A stretch of 64,000 nucleotides of DNA from positions 192,001-256,000 of the forward strand of contig JBBRLQ010000001.1 in NCBI GenBank assembly GCA_038231275.1, written 5' to 3'. The translations under genes were made by a program, and so were the position numbers. Origin of the DNA: Polyangiales bacterium (lineage in GTDB: Bacteria > Myxococcota_A > Polyangia > Polyangiales > Polyangiaceae). The notes below the pieces were generated by a model that had not been told where the DNA came from, made no database searches, and was given only the letters and a program-made list of their open reading frames with translations. Positions 7,804 to 17,554 of this stretch are shown here, one piece after another. Within the stretch, counting starts at the first letter, position 1. Each line of letters starts with the position of its first letter.

Positions 7804-9576
7804 ATGGATTTCACGCCGCGCTTCCGAGACTTCACGACGATGCACCGCGCCACGTTGGCGCAGCACGGCGCGCGCCCGTTCCTGGGGACGCGCGGCGAGG
7901 ACGGCTGGCGATGGATCACCCACGCTGAATTCGGGCAGCGCGTCGAGCGGGCAGCCCGCGGCCTCGCGCGGCTCGGAATCGCGAAGGGGGACAAGCTCGG
8001 ACTCATCTCGAAAAATCGCCCCGAGTGGGCGGAGTGCGCGTTCGCGGCGTGGACGCTCGGCGCCGTCCTCGTGCCGATGTACGAGCAGCAGCAGGCGAAG
8101 GACTGGCTCTACATCCTGCGCGACTGCGGCGCCGTCGCGTGCATCACCGCAACGCGCGCGATCGCGAAGATCCTCGAGGCCTCGCGCGCCGAGCTGCCGG
8201 CGCTGCATCACGTCGTGCCGTTCGAGGGGGGCGCGTACGAAGATCTCCTCCGCGGCGCCGACGACGTGGCGCCCGCCAAGGTGGACCTGACCGCCGAGGA
8301 CGAGGCGGTATTCATCTACACGTCGGGCACCACGGGCAACCCCAAGGGCGTTCGCCTCGCGCACGGCAGCCTCACCGCGAACCTCTGCGCCGTCGAGAGC
8401 ATCTACAAGGCGAACCCCGACGAGCGCTTCATGAGCATCCTTCCGTGGGCGCACGCCGGCGGACTCGGCGAGCTCACGATGATGGTCCTCGCCGGCACCT
8501 CGGCCGCGATCTGCGACGCGCCCGAGAAGGTCGCCGCGACGCTCTCGGAGACGCAGCCCACGTGGCTCATCGCCGTGCCGCGCGTGTGGGCGAAGTTCCG
8601 CGACACGGTAAATAGGGCGATCGCCGAGCGGCCGAAGGTCGTGCGGCGACTCTTCACGCGCGCGATGGACGCGGGCACGCGCCGGCGCAAGCACAAGCCC
8701 CTCTCGCTGAAGGATCGCGTCGCCCTCGCGTTCGCGGAGCGCGTTCTCTATCCGAAGATCGTCGCGCGCCTCGGCGGCCGCCTCCACACGACCACCGTCG
8801 GCGCCGCCGCGCTCGGCGAGGATCTCGGCCATTTTCTCGAGAATCTCGGCATCCGCGTCCTCGAGGTGTATGGCCAGACCGAGGCCTCGCCGGTCGCGAC
8901 GCTCGTGCGCCCCGACGACGTGGACGCGCTCGGCAGCGTGGGCCGCGCGCTCCCCGGTCTTCGCCTCGAGCTCGATCACGATGTCGCCGGCGGCGACGCG
9001 GAGAACGGCGAGATCGTCGTCCACGGCCACTGCGTCATGCTCGGCTACCACGGCCTCCCCGAAGAAGACGCGCGCGCGCTGACCGACGCGCGTGGCCTCC
9101 GCACCGGCGATCTCGGGCGCATCGACGCGAACGGCTACCTCTGGATCACGGGACGCGTGAAGGAGGTCTACAAGCTCGACAACGGCAAGTTCGTCGCGCC
9201 GGTGCCCATCGAGGAGAAGATCTGCGCGAGCCCGTACATCTCCCAGGTCGTCGTCCACGGGTTGAACCGACCGCACAACGTCGCGCTCGTCGTCGTCGAC
9301 GTCGGCGTCCTCGCGCCGTGGTGCGCGGCGCGCGGCATCTCGTCCGACGACAAGAGCGCGATGGTCGTAGACGCGCGCGTGAAGGAATTGATCGCCGGCG
9401 AGATCGCGCGCCTCACGTCGGAGCTGAAGGGCTATGAGCGCATCGCGGCGTTCCTACTCTCGCACGAGGAGCTCACGCTCGAGAGCGGCATGCTCACGCC
9501 GACCCTCAAGGTGAAGCGGCGCGAGGTCATGGCAAAGCACGGCGCGCGCCTCGAGGCGCTCTACGACGTGAGCTGA
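7804..9576 (+). CDS. long-chain fatty-acid--CoA ligase (AMP-binding)
   Basis: YTSGTTGNPKG, YGQTE, TGDLG, GRVKE, LTPTLKVKR motifs. Confidence 0.93.
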   Translation: MDFTPRFRDFTTMHRATLAQHGARPFLGTRGEDGWRWITHAEFGQRVERAARGLARLGIAKGDKLGLISKNRPEWAECAFAAWTLGAVLVPMYEQQQAKDWLYILRDCGAVACITATRAIAKILEASRAELPALHHVVPFEGGAYEDLLRGADDVAPAKVDLTAEDEAVFIYTSGTTGNPKGVRLAHGSLTANLCAVESIYKANPDERFMSILPWAHAGGLGELTMMVLAGTSAAICDAPEKVAATLSETQPTWLIAVPRVWAKFRDTVNRAIAERPKVVRRLFTRAMDAGTRRRKHKPLSLKDRVALAFAERVLYPKIVARLGGRLHTTTVGAAALGEDLGHFLENLGIRVLEVYGQTEASPVATLVRPDDVDALGSVGRALPGLRLELDHDVAGGDAENGEIVVHGHCVMLGYHGLPEEDARALTDARGLRTGDLGRIDANGYLWITGRVKEVYKLDNGKFVAPVPIEEKICASPYISQVVVHGLNRPHNVALVVVDVGVLAPWCAARGISSDDKSAMVVDARVKELIAGEIARLTSELKGYERIAAFLLSHEELTLESGMLTPTLKVKRREVMAKHGARLEALYDVS

Positions 9577-9595
9577 CGCGCCTCGAACGCGGGCG

Positions 9596-10900
9596 TCAGT
9601 CCTTGTGAGCGATGCGCGGCGGGCGCAAGAGGCCGGGGACCTTCTGCGCGGCGAAGTACGCGTGGAGCATCTCGCGCGCGACGACGTTGGCCTTCACTTG
9701 CCACGTCGGCTGGTTCACGACGAGCACCGCGATGGCGACCTGCTTCACGCCCGGCAGCGGCTTGCTCGGCGCGAAGCCCGTGAACCAGGTGTAGAAGCGG
9801 CGGGCCTTGTCGTCGGTGAGCGTGCCGGTTTTTCCGGCGACGACGATCCCCGGCAAAAATGCGGTCCCTTTGGCGTCGTGGAAGGCGCGGTAGCAGGTGC
9901 CCTCGGCGACCGTGTGCTCCATCATCGTCGTGATCGCCTGCGCGGTGGCCGGCGACACGGCGCGCTTGAGCGGCAGCGGCGTGCTCGCGGTCGACCACAC
10001 CGGTTGGCCGTTGGGCTCGGTGACGGCGCTGACGATCATCGGGCGGATCGCCTCGCCGCCGCGCGCGACGGTGCTGCTGATCTGCGCGGCCTGGAGCGGG
10101 GAGAGCGTCGTGTTCCAGAACCCGGCGGCGGTCCGCGCGAAGCCGAGCGTGTCGGCGGGGACGTGGATCGCGCTCGGCTGCACCGGCACGTCGAAGGGCA
10201 CCGGCTCGCCGAAGCCGAAGGCGTGCGCCGTCTCGTCGAGGATGCTCGGCTTTAGGTGCTTCAGCGCGAGGCGGGCGAAGACCGTGTTGATGCTGCGCCC
10301 CATCGCGCCCGACAACGTCGAGCACCAGCGATCGCGGACCGGATCGTCCTCGAGATCGCTCGCGAGGATTTTTTGCTCGCCGCCCGAGAAGCACTGCTTG
10401 GTGTCGGGCGTGAGGCCCGCGGTCTCGACGAGCGCGGCGCCCGTCACGATCTTGAAGACGCTCGCGGCCGGCGCGGTCGCCTCCGCGCAAAGATCGCGAG
10501 CAGTCCCGCCCTCGACGTGGCTCGCGTAGACGAGCACGTGGCCGGTCTCCGGCTCGATCATGACGACAGCGGCCTCCGGCAGCTTGTGCAGCGCCATGAC
10601 CGTGAGCGCCTGGCGCTGAAGCTCGGGGTCGATCGTGAGGCGAGCGATTTTGCGCCCTTCCATCGGCGCGCTCACGCCCTTATCGTCGAGGCCGATCTTC
10701 GTGAGGTCGAGACCGGGCATCGGCGGAGGGGGCGGCGCGGCCAGGGGAGCCGGAGCAAAAGGCTGTCCCGCGATCTTCGCGATCGGCTCGTCGAGCGACG
10801 TCGCGTGCGCGACACCCCCGCCGAGCGACCGGCGCGCGAGGGGAACCAGCCCCACCGCGCACGCGGCGGCGACCACGCCCCCCAGAATCCTCCGTCGCAT
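9596..10900 (-). CDS. penicillin-binding protein, transpeptidase domain only
   Basis: SxxK (SVFK), SxN (SIN), KTG (GKTGT); N-terminal signal/anchor and Pro-rich linker. Confidence 0.9.
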   Translation of the reverse strand: MRRRILGGVVAAACAVGLVPLARRSLGGGVAHATSLDEPIAKIAGQPFAPAPLAAPPPPPMPGLDLTKIGLDDKGVSAPMEGRKIARLTIDPELQRQALTVMALHKLPEAAVVMIEPETGHVLVYASHVEGGTARDLCAEATAPAASVFKIVTGAALVETAGLTPDTKQCFSGGEQKILASDLEDDPVRDRWCSTLSGAMGRSINTVFARLALKHLKPSILDETAHAFGFGEPVPFDVPVQPSAIHVPADTLGFARTAAGFWNTTLSPLQAAQISSTVARGGEAIRPMIVSAVTEPNGQPVWSTASTPLPLKRAVSPATAQAITTMMEHTVAEGTCYRAFHDAKGTAFLPGIVVAGKTGTLTDDKARRFYTWFTGFAPSKPLPGVKQVAIAVLVVNQPTWQVKANVVAREMLHAYFAAQKVPGLLRPPRIAHKD

Positions 10901-10946
10901 GCCCCATCGGATGACACGGGGGGGTGAAATAGGGCAAACAAACGGG

Positions 10947-13259
10947 GTGAGCCCGCGCCGCCTCGTTTGGACGCTCTGTGCAATATCCACGCTTTGGCCG
11001 GCGGCGGCCCACGCCCAAGCGCGCGTGCGCGTCGACGCCGCGAAGAGGACACTTATTTATCCGGGTGGCTCCGCGCCGATCCCGCTCGCCGAGATCGCCG
11101 CCGACAAGATCGCGGTCGAGCAGGTCCTCCTCGACGGCGGCGTGAGCGTGACGCGCGTGAAGGTCGGCGTCGACCCGACGTGGGAGGCGATCGTCGCGCA
11201 GAGCAAGCTCGTCTTCGCGGGGCTCACGGGCTTCGCGAAAGGGCAGCCGGGCGGACGGACTGGCGCGATGGTGCAGCTCCTCGGCAAGACGCTGCTCGTC
11301 GGCGAGGTCGCGGAGGATCGCACGATCTGCGGACAGGCGATGACGCCTCTCTCTCCGCAGGTGCTCGATCCGAAGACGATGGAGCTCCGGCCCGCGACGG
11401 TGCAGCGCCTGCCCGCGGACCAGCGCTCGAAGGCGACGCGCATCGTCGCATCGGCGCGGCGCGGTCCCGCGGAGGCATCGCTCGGACGCCTGCTCCTCGC
11501 CACGGCGTCGAGCTCGGGCGCGGCCAAGGCGCTGACCGACGGCGATCCTGAGACGGTCTGGCGCGAGGATCGGACGGGGGCCGGGCAAGGCGAGTTCGTG
11601 ACGATGGAGACGCCGTCCGAGGTGCCGATCACACGCCTCGCCGTCACCGTCGCACCGTCGTCGCCGAGCGAGGACGGCGCCGCGCCGCAGACGTTCTTCC
11701 TGGTCGCGAAGGACCGAACGCTCGCGATCACCCTGCCGGAGGACGCGTGGACCCATCCCGGCGAGGCGTACGACGTGCCGCTGCCCGAGCCGATCTCGAC
11801 GCCGTGCATGAGTCTCGTCCTCGACGCCGCGTACGTTCGCGGGAAGCGGCCGGAGGTCGGCGTCGCGGAGCTCGTCGCGTACAGCGCGTTCGACGGGGCG
11901 GGCGCGTCGCTCGAGAAGGTGGCGAAGGCACTTGCCGGCGGGGGCGCGCGCGCCGAAGGGGCGGCGGCGATCCTGAAGCGCGCGACGAAGCCGTTGCCGG
12001 CGGTGCGCGCGGCGTACCCGGAGCTGGACGCGGCGGGGCGTGGGCTCGCGATCGACGTCGCGAGCGCCGCGGCGTGCGACGAGAGCGCGCCGCTCCTGAC
12101 CGACGCGCTCGGGGACGACGATCGCGAGGTGGTGCGAAAAGCGCGGGGAAAGCTGGAGCGATGTGCGAAGGCGGCCGCGCCTGCGCTCGCCGACGGGGTA
12201 CGAAAAGGCACGCCGAAGGTTCAGATCCAGGCGGCGACGCTCCTCGCGCACGTCGCGCCGAAGGAGGCGCTGGCGCCGCTGGCAGATGCGCTCGATGGAG
12301 GCGACGCGAAGACACGCGCGGCCGTTCGAGGCGCGTTGGGTCACGCGGCGCGAGACGCCGACAAGGGCGCGGTCGTTGCGCTGCTCACGCGACCGGGTGG
12401 GGCGGGCGCAAAGGTGGAGATGTTGCGCGCGCTCTCTGCGCGCCTTGGCGACGCTCGCGCAGAGGCCGACGCTCGAATCGCCGAGCTGCTCGCACCCGGA
12501 GCAGAGATGAGGACGCGCTTCTTGCTCGCCGAGCCGCTCGCGGACCTGGCGCGCGCGGGTGACGAGGACGCCGCCGCACGTTTAGGCGCGCTGCTCGCGA
12601 GCGATCCCCACCTCGCGGTCCGCGCGCGCGCGGCGGAGGTGTCCGGTGGCATCGCGCCGCTCGAGGCGCGCCTCGTCGCGGCCACCGCCGATCGCGAGCC
12701 GCGTGTCCGTGAGGCCGCGCTTCGGGCCGTCGCCACCGCCCACGTTCGAGCCGCCGAGCCGCAAGCGGTCGCCCGTCTCGGGAGCGATCCGTGGACCTTC
12801 GTCCGCACGGCCGCCGCCAGCGCGCTCGCCGCCCTTCCGAGATCCGACGCCTCCGACCGTGGTCTCGAGGCGGCCCTCCGCGATCGCTCCGCACGCGTGC
12901 GCGCCGCTGCGCTCGACGCGCTCGCCGCCCACGACGCAAAATCAACGGCCACCGCGATCGGCGCGCGCGCGTTCGACGAAAAGGAAGACGCCGAGGTCCG
13001 CCTCGCCGCCGTCCGCGCGCTTGGGCGCATGTGCGTCGCCGCCAGCGCCGACGGCCTCACCCGCCTCGCCGCAGCTGGCGCGTCGCAAGTCGCCGAAGAG
13101 GACGCACGATCGCTCGCGATCGCGGCAGTGGACACGCTCGGTCGCCTCCACCCGAAAGATCTCGCGGCGCGACTCGCGAAGGTGCAAGGCGAGGGCACCA
13201 ACGATCCGGTAAAGCGCGCGGTCTCTCACGCGCTCGCCGCCACCGAGGTGTGCCGGTGA
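10947..13259 (+). CDS. exported HEAT-repeat protein with discoidin/F5-8-like domain
   Basis: Signal peptide (AHA); ALTDGDPETVWRE discoidin-like motif; many 'D...VR..A..AL' HEAT repeats. Confidence 0.78.
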   Translation: MSPRRLVWTLCAISTLWPAAAHAQARVRVDAAKRTLIYPGGSAPIPLAEIAADKIAVEQVLLDGGVSVTRVKVGVDPTWEAIVAQSKLVFAGLTGFAKGQPGGRTGAMVQLLGKTLLVGEVAEDRTICGQAMTPLSPQVLDPKTMELRPATVQRLPADQRSKATRIVASARRGPAEASLGRLLLATASSSGAAKALTDGDPETVWREDRTGAGQGEFVTMETPSEVPITRLAVTVAPSSPSEDGAAPQTFFLVAKDRTLAITLPEDAWTHPGEAYDVPLPEPISTPCMSLVLDAAYVRGKRPEVGVAELVAYSAFDGAGASLEKVAKALAGGGARAEGAAAILKRATKPLPAVRAAYPELDAAGRGLAIDVASAAACDESAPLLTDALGDDDREVVRKARGKLERCAKAAAPALADGVRKGTPKVQIQAATLLAHVAPKEALAPLADALDGGDAKTRAAVRGALGHAARDADKGAVVALLTRPGGAGAKVEMLRALSARLGDARAEADARIAELLAPGAEMRTRFLLAEPLADLARAGDEDAAARLGALLASDPHLAVRARAAEVSGGIAPLEARLVAATADREPRVREAALRAVATAHVRAAEPQAVARLGSDPWTFVRTAAASALAALPRSDASDRGLEAALRDRSARVRAAALDALAAHDAKSTATAIGARAFDEKEDAEVRLAAVRALGRMCVAASADGLTRLAAAGASQVAEEDARSLAIAAVDTLGRLHPKDLAARLAKVQGEGTNDPVKRAVSHALAATEVCR

Positions 13260-13690
13260 GCGACGTGACGCGCGTGTCGCCCGCCGAGGCGCACGAGCTG
13301 GTCTCGCGCGAAGGCCACGCCTACGTCGACGTGCGAACCGAAGCGGAGGTCGCGGAGGGGCGTCCCTCCGGCGCGTACAACGTCCCGTTCCAGCTCGCCG
13401 CGGAGGGTGGTCGCGTCGACAACCCCGAGTTCCTTCAAGTCATGCGCGCGTGCTTCACGCTCGACTCGCCGCTCGTCGTAGGGTGCCAGTCCGGCGTGCG
13501 CTCGCTCCGTGCAGCGCGCGCCCTCGTCGCCGCCGGCTACGCGCGCGTGGTCGACCAGCGTGCCGGCTGGGGCGGCGTCCGTTCGCCGTTCGGCGAGACG
13601 AAAGAGAAGGGCTGGGAGTCGGCTGGCCTCCCGACCGAGAGCGGCGACCTCGGAGACCGTGCCTACGCGGTGCTCCGCGCGCGGGCGTGA
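13256..13690 (+). CDS. rhodanese-like domain protein
   Basis: YVDVRTEAE, GCQSGVRS active-site loop; GTGA overlap with upstream gene. Confidence 0.9.
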   Translation: MSDVTRVSPAEAHELVSREGHAYVDVRTEAEVAEGRPSGAYNVPFQLAAEGGRVDNPEFLQVMRACFTLDSPLVVGCQSGVRSLRAARALVAAGYARVVDQRAGWGGVRSPFGETKEKGWESAGLPTESGDLGDRAYAVLRARA

Positions 13691-13694
13691 CGCC

Positions 13695-14288
13695 TCAGCG
13701 GTTCTTCGCGCGCTCGAAGTCGTCGGCCGCCGCGGACACGACCGAAAGATCGCGCGAGGCCTTCTGCGCCTCGGCGTCGAGCTCGGCGGTGAACATCGTC
13801 ATCCCCCAGATCCCGTTGTCGCGCCGTCGAAAGGCGTAGCGCGTGCTCCGCGCCGTGACGACGCTGGCGCGCTCGCCGTCGATCTCGACACGCGCGACGC
13901 CCGACAGGTCCCGCCGCAAGCGCGCGAGCCAGCCCTTCTCTTTGGCGATGCGCACGAAGACGATTTCTCCACCGACCGCGCGCGCGTCGGCCTCGTAGGC
14001 GCGCACCAGCTCGGCGCGCTGCGGCTCGGGATACGCCGCGAGGACGCGATCGAGCGCTTTTTTTCGCGTATCGCGGATCGTGATGCACGCCCATTGCGCC
14101 TCGGTCTCGAGGTACGGAAACACCCCGTCCGGATGGTCCTCCCCCAGCGCCTTCGCGATGCGCAGGTAGGCTCCCTCCGGCGTCTGGTCCGACGGGAAGG
14201 GCCGCTTCAAGAGCGGGTACGCGACCAGCCCGACGAGCGCGAGCGCCACGAACACGCCGAGCCGCCTCCGCGTCGTCGTCGGCACCAC
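13695..14288 (-). CDS. membrane-anchored hypothetical protein
   Basis: N-terminal TM helix; directly downstream of the RMD1-like gene; start uncertain. Confidence 0.65.
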   Translation of the reverse strand: MVPTTTRRRLGVFVALALVGLVAYPLLKRPFPSDQTPEGAYLRIAKALGEDHPDGVFPYLETEAQWACITIRDTRKKALDRVLAAYPEPQRAELVRAYEADARAVGGEIVFVRIAKEKGWLARLRRDLSGVARVEIDGERASVVTARSTRYAFRRRDNGIWGMTMFTAELDAEAQKASRDLSVVSAAADDFERAKNR

Positions 14289-14290
14289 CG

Positions 14291-15409
14291 TCAGTGCCCC
14301 GACCGCAGCGCGTTCAGGAGCTCGGCGAGGATGAGCAGGATCACGATCACCTCGAGGGTGACGCTGCGGCGGGAGTCGATCTCGCCGCGGATGAACCCGT
14401 ACGCTTGCGCGACGAGCGCCTGCTTCTCGTTGATGCTCGCCTGCCACGCCGGGATGCGGAAGCGTCGCACCGCGGAGTGGTGCACGCGCGCGAGGTAGAA
14501 GTCGCCGATGACCTTGAGCGCGTTGTCGACGCGTTCCATGAACTCCGTCAGCTCGACGAGGCGCCGAAGCACGGCCTTGCCGAGGCGCGCATATGGATTG
14601 CGGAGGAGCCTCAGCGGCCCGCGTCTCACCTCCTCGAGATCGTCGTAGATGCGCGCGAGCTCGCGATCGAAGACGCCGTCGTAGTAGCGGAGCTCGAGGA
14701 GCTGCGAGGTCGCGAACTCCAGAATCTCCGGGATCGCGCGGCTGCCGCTCGGCTCGAGCACGACGGCGCTGTTCCAGTCGATGACGACGAGATCGTCCTC
14801 GAAGTAGCTGTGCGCGTGCTTGAGGACGTCGTTCGATTCCATCTTGCTCAGCTTCTTGTCACGCGGCTCGCCGATGAGGAGCTTCGCGAGCGATTCCCAC
14901 GCGAGCAGATCCTTCGCGGTCCTTCCGTCTGCGAGCTCGGTAAGGAAGAGGACCGTGTAGGTCTCTGCTCCTCGCCAGTCGTGGCGACCCTGGACGGCCT
15001 TGCCGAGCTGGCCGATGAGCTTGTCGACCTCCGCGCGCGCGAGCTTCTCGATGGCCGCCGACTCGTACACCTCGTCGCACAGCGGGAGGATCTCGCCGAG
15101 CGCGGCGCCCGTGGTGACCGGAAAAGAGATCTGGACCGACACGGCGCCGTAATCGAAGAGGCGCGCCGACAGGTGAACATCGATCGGCTGCGGAGCCGTA
15201 CGCAGCGCGACCGTGCGGGAGCCAATGTCCACGATGACCGGCGGCCTCGCGAACGAGAAGAGCTCCGGCGGGTCGACCGAGATCGTCGCGCGGCGCGGCG
15301 ATAGGTGGGAGCAGGACCGCTCGGCGATCTCGAGATCGATCTCCGCCCCGACGTCGAAGACGCGGTAGGTGAGGATCTCTCCCTTCTTGACGCGCAGTGG
15401 CTCGGACAC
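14291..15409 (-). CDS. RMD1/DUF155 family protein
   Basis: RLFDYGAVS, DLVVIDWN, LLELRYYD, GDFYLARV, C-terminal LEVIVILLILAE helix. Confidence 0.78.
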   Translation of the reverse strand: MSEPLRVKKGEILTYRVFDVGAEIDLEIAERSCSHLSPRRATISVDPPELFSFARPPVIVDIGSRTVALRTAPQPIDVHLSARLFDYGAVSVQISFPVTTGAALGEILPLCDEVYESAAIEKLARAEVDKLIGQLGKAVQGRHDWRGAETYTVLFLTELADGRTAKDLLAWESLAKLLIGEPRDKKLSKMESNDVLKHAHSYFEDDLVVIDWNSAVVLEPSGSRAIPEILEFATSQLLELRYYDGVFDRELARIYDDLEEVRRGPLRLLRNPYARLGKAVLRRLVELTEFMERVDNALKVIGDFYLARVHHSAVRRFRIPAWQASINEKQALVAQAYGFIRGEIDSRRSVTLEVIVILLILAELLNALRSGH

Positions 15410-15425
15410 GATGGTGGCCAACGTA

Positions 15426-16211
15426 ATGCCCTTTTCGCCGGAGATCACGGTCGTCGTCCCGGCCTTCGAAGAGGAGGCGCGGATCGGCGGCGTCGTGCGC
15501 GCGATGCCGGCCTGCGTGCGCCGCGTCATCGTCGTCGACGACGCGAGCCGAGACGGGACGTCGGACGTGGCGCGGGCGGCGTCGGACGGGCGCGTCACGG
15601 TGGTGCGCCACGAACGGAACCGCGGCGTGGGCGCGGCGATCGTCACGGGCTACCGCACTGCCTTGTCGGAAGCGGGTGACGCGAACGACGCGTTCGTCGT
15701 CATGGCCGGCGACGCGCAGATGGATCCGGCGGATCTTCCACGCGTCGCGCAGCCGGTCCTCGCCGGAGACGCCGGGTACGTGAAGGGCGACCGCTTCGGC
15801 GCGACCGACGTGCTCCGCGTCATGCCGAGAGGGCGCTGGCTCGGCGGGCAGGTCCTGTCATGGATGACGTCGCGCGCGATCGGCGTGCCGATCCACGACA
15901 GCCAATGCGGCTACACCGCGCTCGCGCGCTGGGCGTGTGCGACGATCGATCTCGACGCGCTGTGGCCGCGCTACGGCTACCCGAACGATCTGCTCTCCCA
16001 GCTCGCCCTCCGCGGCGTCCCGATCCGCGAGGTCCCCGTGCGGCCCGTCTACGCCGGCGAAAAGAGCGGCCTCCGCGCGTACCACGTCGCCGGCATCGCG
16101 CGCCTCGTCGCCCGCGCATACGTGCGGCGCGTCACGTCGGCGTCGCGAGCGCCCGCTCCAGGATCGTCGGCACGTGCGCCAACGCGTGGTCGAGATCGAA
16201 CAACGCCTTGA
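15426..16211 (+). CDS. glycosyltransferase family 2 (DPM1-like)
   Basis: [40 protein letters not shown]. Confidence 0.9.
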   Translation: MPFSPEITVVVPAFEEEARIGGVVRAMPACVRRVIVVDDASRDGTSDVARAASDGRVTVVRHERNRGVGAAIVTGYRTALSEAGDANDAFVVMAGDAQMDPADLPRVAQPVLAGDAGYVKGDRFGATDVLRVMPRGRWLGGQVLSWMTSRAIGVPIHDSQCGYTALARWACATIDLDALWPRYGYPNDLLSQLALRGVPIREVPVRPVYAGEKSGLRAYHVAGIARLVARAYVRRVTSASRAPAPGSSARAPTRGRDRTTP

Positions 16212-17436
16212 TGCGCTCCTTGCCGAGGCGCCCCGTCACGTCGGCGTCGGCCTCGAGGTTCGTGCGAAACGCGCCGTCCCCCTTCCACGCGCGCATGGCG
16301 TTGCGCTGGACGAGGACATACGCCTCCTGCCGCGGCATGCCCGACTCGACGAGCGCGAGCAGGATGGCTTCGGAAAAATAGAGCTCTCCCGCGCGCTCGA
16401 GGTTTCGTTTCAAGTTGTCGGGGTAGACGACGAGCCCGTCGACGAGCCCTGCCGCGCGCTCAAGCATGAAGCCGAGCGTCGCCGTCGCGTCCGGCGCGAT
16501 CATTCGCTCGACCGACGAGTGCGAGATGTCGCGCTCGTGCCAGAGCGCGATGTCCTCCAGCGCCGGCACGACCGCGGCCCGGACGATGCGCGCGAGGCCG
16601 CACAGGTTCTCGCTCAGGATCGGGTTTCGTTTGTGGGGCATCGCGCTCGAGCCCTTCTGGCCCGCGGTGAACGCCTCTTCGGCCTCGCCGACGTCGCTGC
16701 GCTGCCAGTGACGCACGTTCGTGGCGAGGCGCTCGATGCCGCCTGCGAGGAGCGCCATCGCAGAGAAGAACGCCGCGTGGCGATCGCGCGCGACGATCTG
16801 GGTCGACACCGTCTCGGCGCCGAGCCCGAGCTTGCCGAGCGCCCGCGCTTCGATTTCGGGCGACAAGTGAGCGTACGTCCCCACCGCGCCGGCGATCTTG
16901 CCGACGGCGATCTCCGCGCGCGCCGCCACCAGACGCGCCCGCCCTCGCGCGATCTCTGCGTGATGACCGGCGAGCGCGAGGCCGAACGTCACCGGCTCCG
17001 CGAAGATCCCGTGGCTTCGTCCGATCATCGGCGTCTTCGCATGCTCGCGCGCGCGCCTGCTCAGCGCCGCGAGCAGCTTGTCCGCGCGCACGAGCAGCAG
17101 ATCCGCCGCGTCGCGCAACAGCACCGCGAGGGAGGTGTCGAGCACGTCGCTCGACGTCATCCCGCGGTGCAGCCACCGCGCGTCGAGGCCCACCTTCTCT
17201 TCGACGTGCGTGAGGAACGCGATCACGTCGTGCTTCGTCGTGCGCTCGATCTCTTCGATCCGCGCCGCGTCGAGCGCGATGGCCTTGCCGCGGATCGCCG
17301 CGGCGGTCCCTAGCGGCACCAGCTTCGCCTCTTCCATCGCCTCGCACGCCGCGAGCTCGACCTCGAGCCACACCTCGTACCTTCGATCGGAGGACCAGAG
17401 CTTCGCGAACTCGGCGGGCGTGTAGCGCGGGATCAT
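16132..17436 (-). CDS. purB: adenylosuccinate lyase
   Basis: MIPRY start, [19 protein letters not shown] signature, [13 protein letters not shown]. Confidence 0.98.
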   Translation of the reverse strand: MIPRYTPAEFAKLWSSDRRYEVWLEVELAACEAMEEAKLVPLGTAAAIRGKAIALDAARIEEIERTTKHDVIAFLTHVEEKVGLDARWLHRGMTSSDVLDTSLAVLLRDAADLLLVRADKLLAALSRRAREHAKTPMIGRSHGIFAEPVTFGLALAGHHAEIARGRARLVAARAEIAVGKIAGAVGTYAHLSPEIEARALGKLGLGAETVSTQIVARDRHAAFFSAMALLAGGIERLATNVRHWQRSDVGEAEEAFTAGQKGSSAMPHKRNPILSENLCGLARIVRAAVVPALEDIALWHERDISHSSVERMIAPDATATLGFMLERAAGLVDGLVVYPDNLKRNLERAGELYFSEAILLALVESGMPRQEAYVLVQRNAMRAWKGDGAFRTNLEADADVTGRLGKERIKALFDLDHALAHVPTILERALATPT

Positions 17437-17457
17437 GACCCGGCATCAGCTAGCACA

Positions 17458-17484
17458 GGTCTCTCGTTGCTTACACGGACGCAC
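17458..17484 (+). repeat. 27-bp direct repeat, copy 1
   Basis: GGTCTCTCGTTGCTTACACGGACGCAC, identical to 18545..18571. Confidence 0.92.
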
Positions 17485-17554
17485 CGAAGCGAGGGGCCCG
17501 GGCAAGCGCCCGAGGCGGGGAGGTCTCGGCAGCGGCGCCGTAATAGGCGATGTG

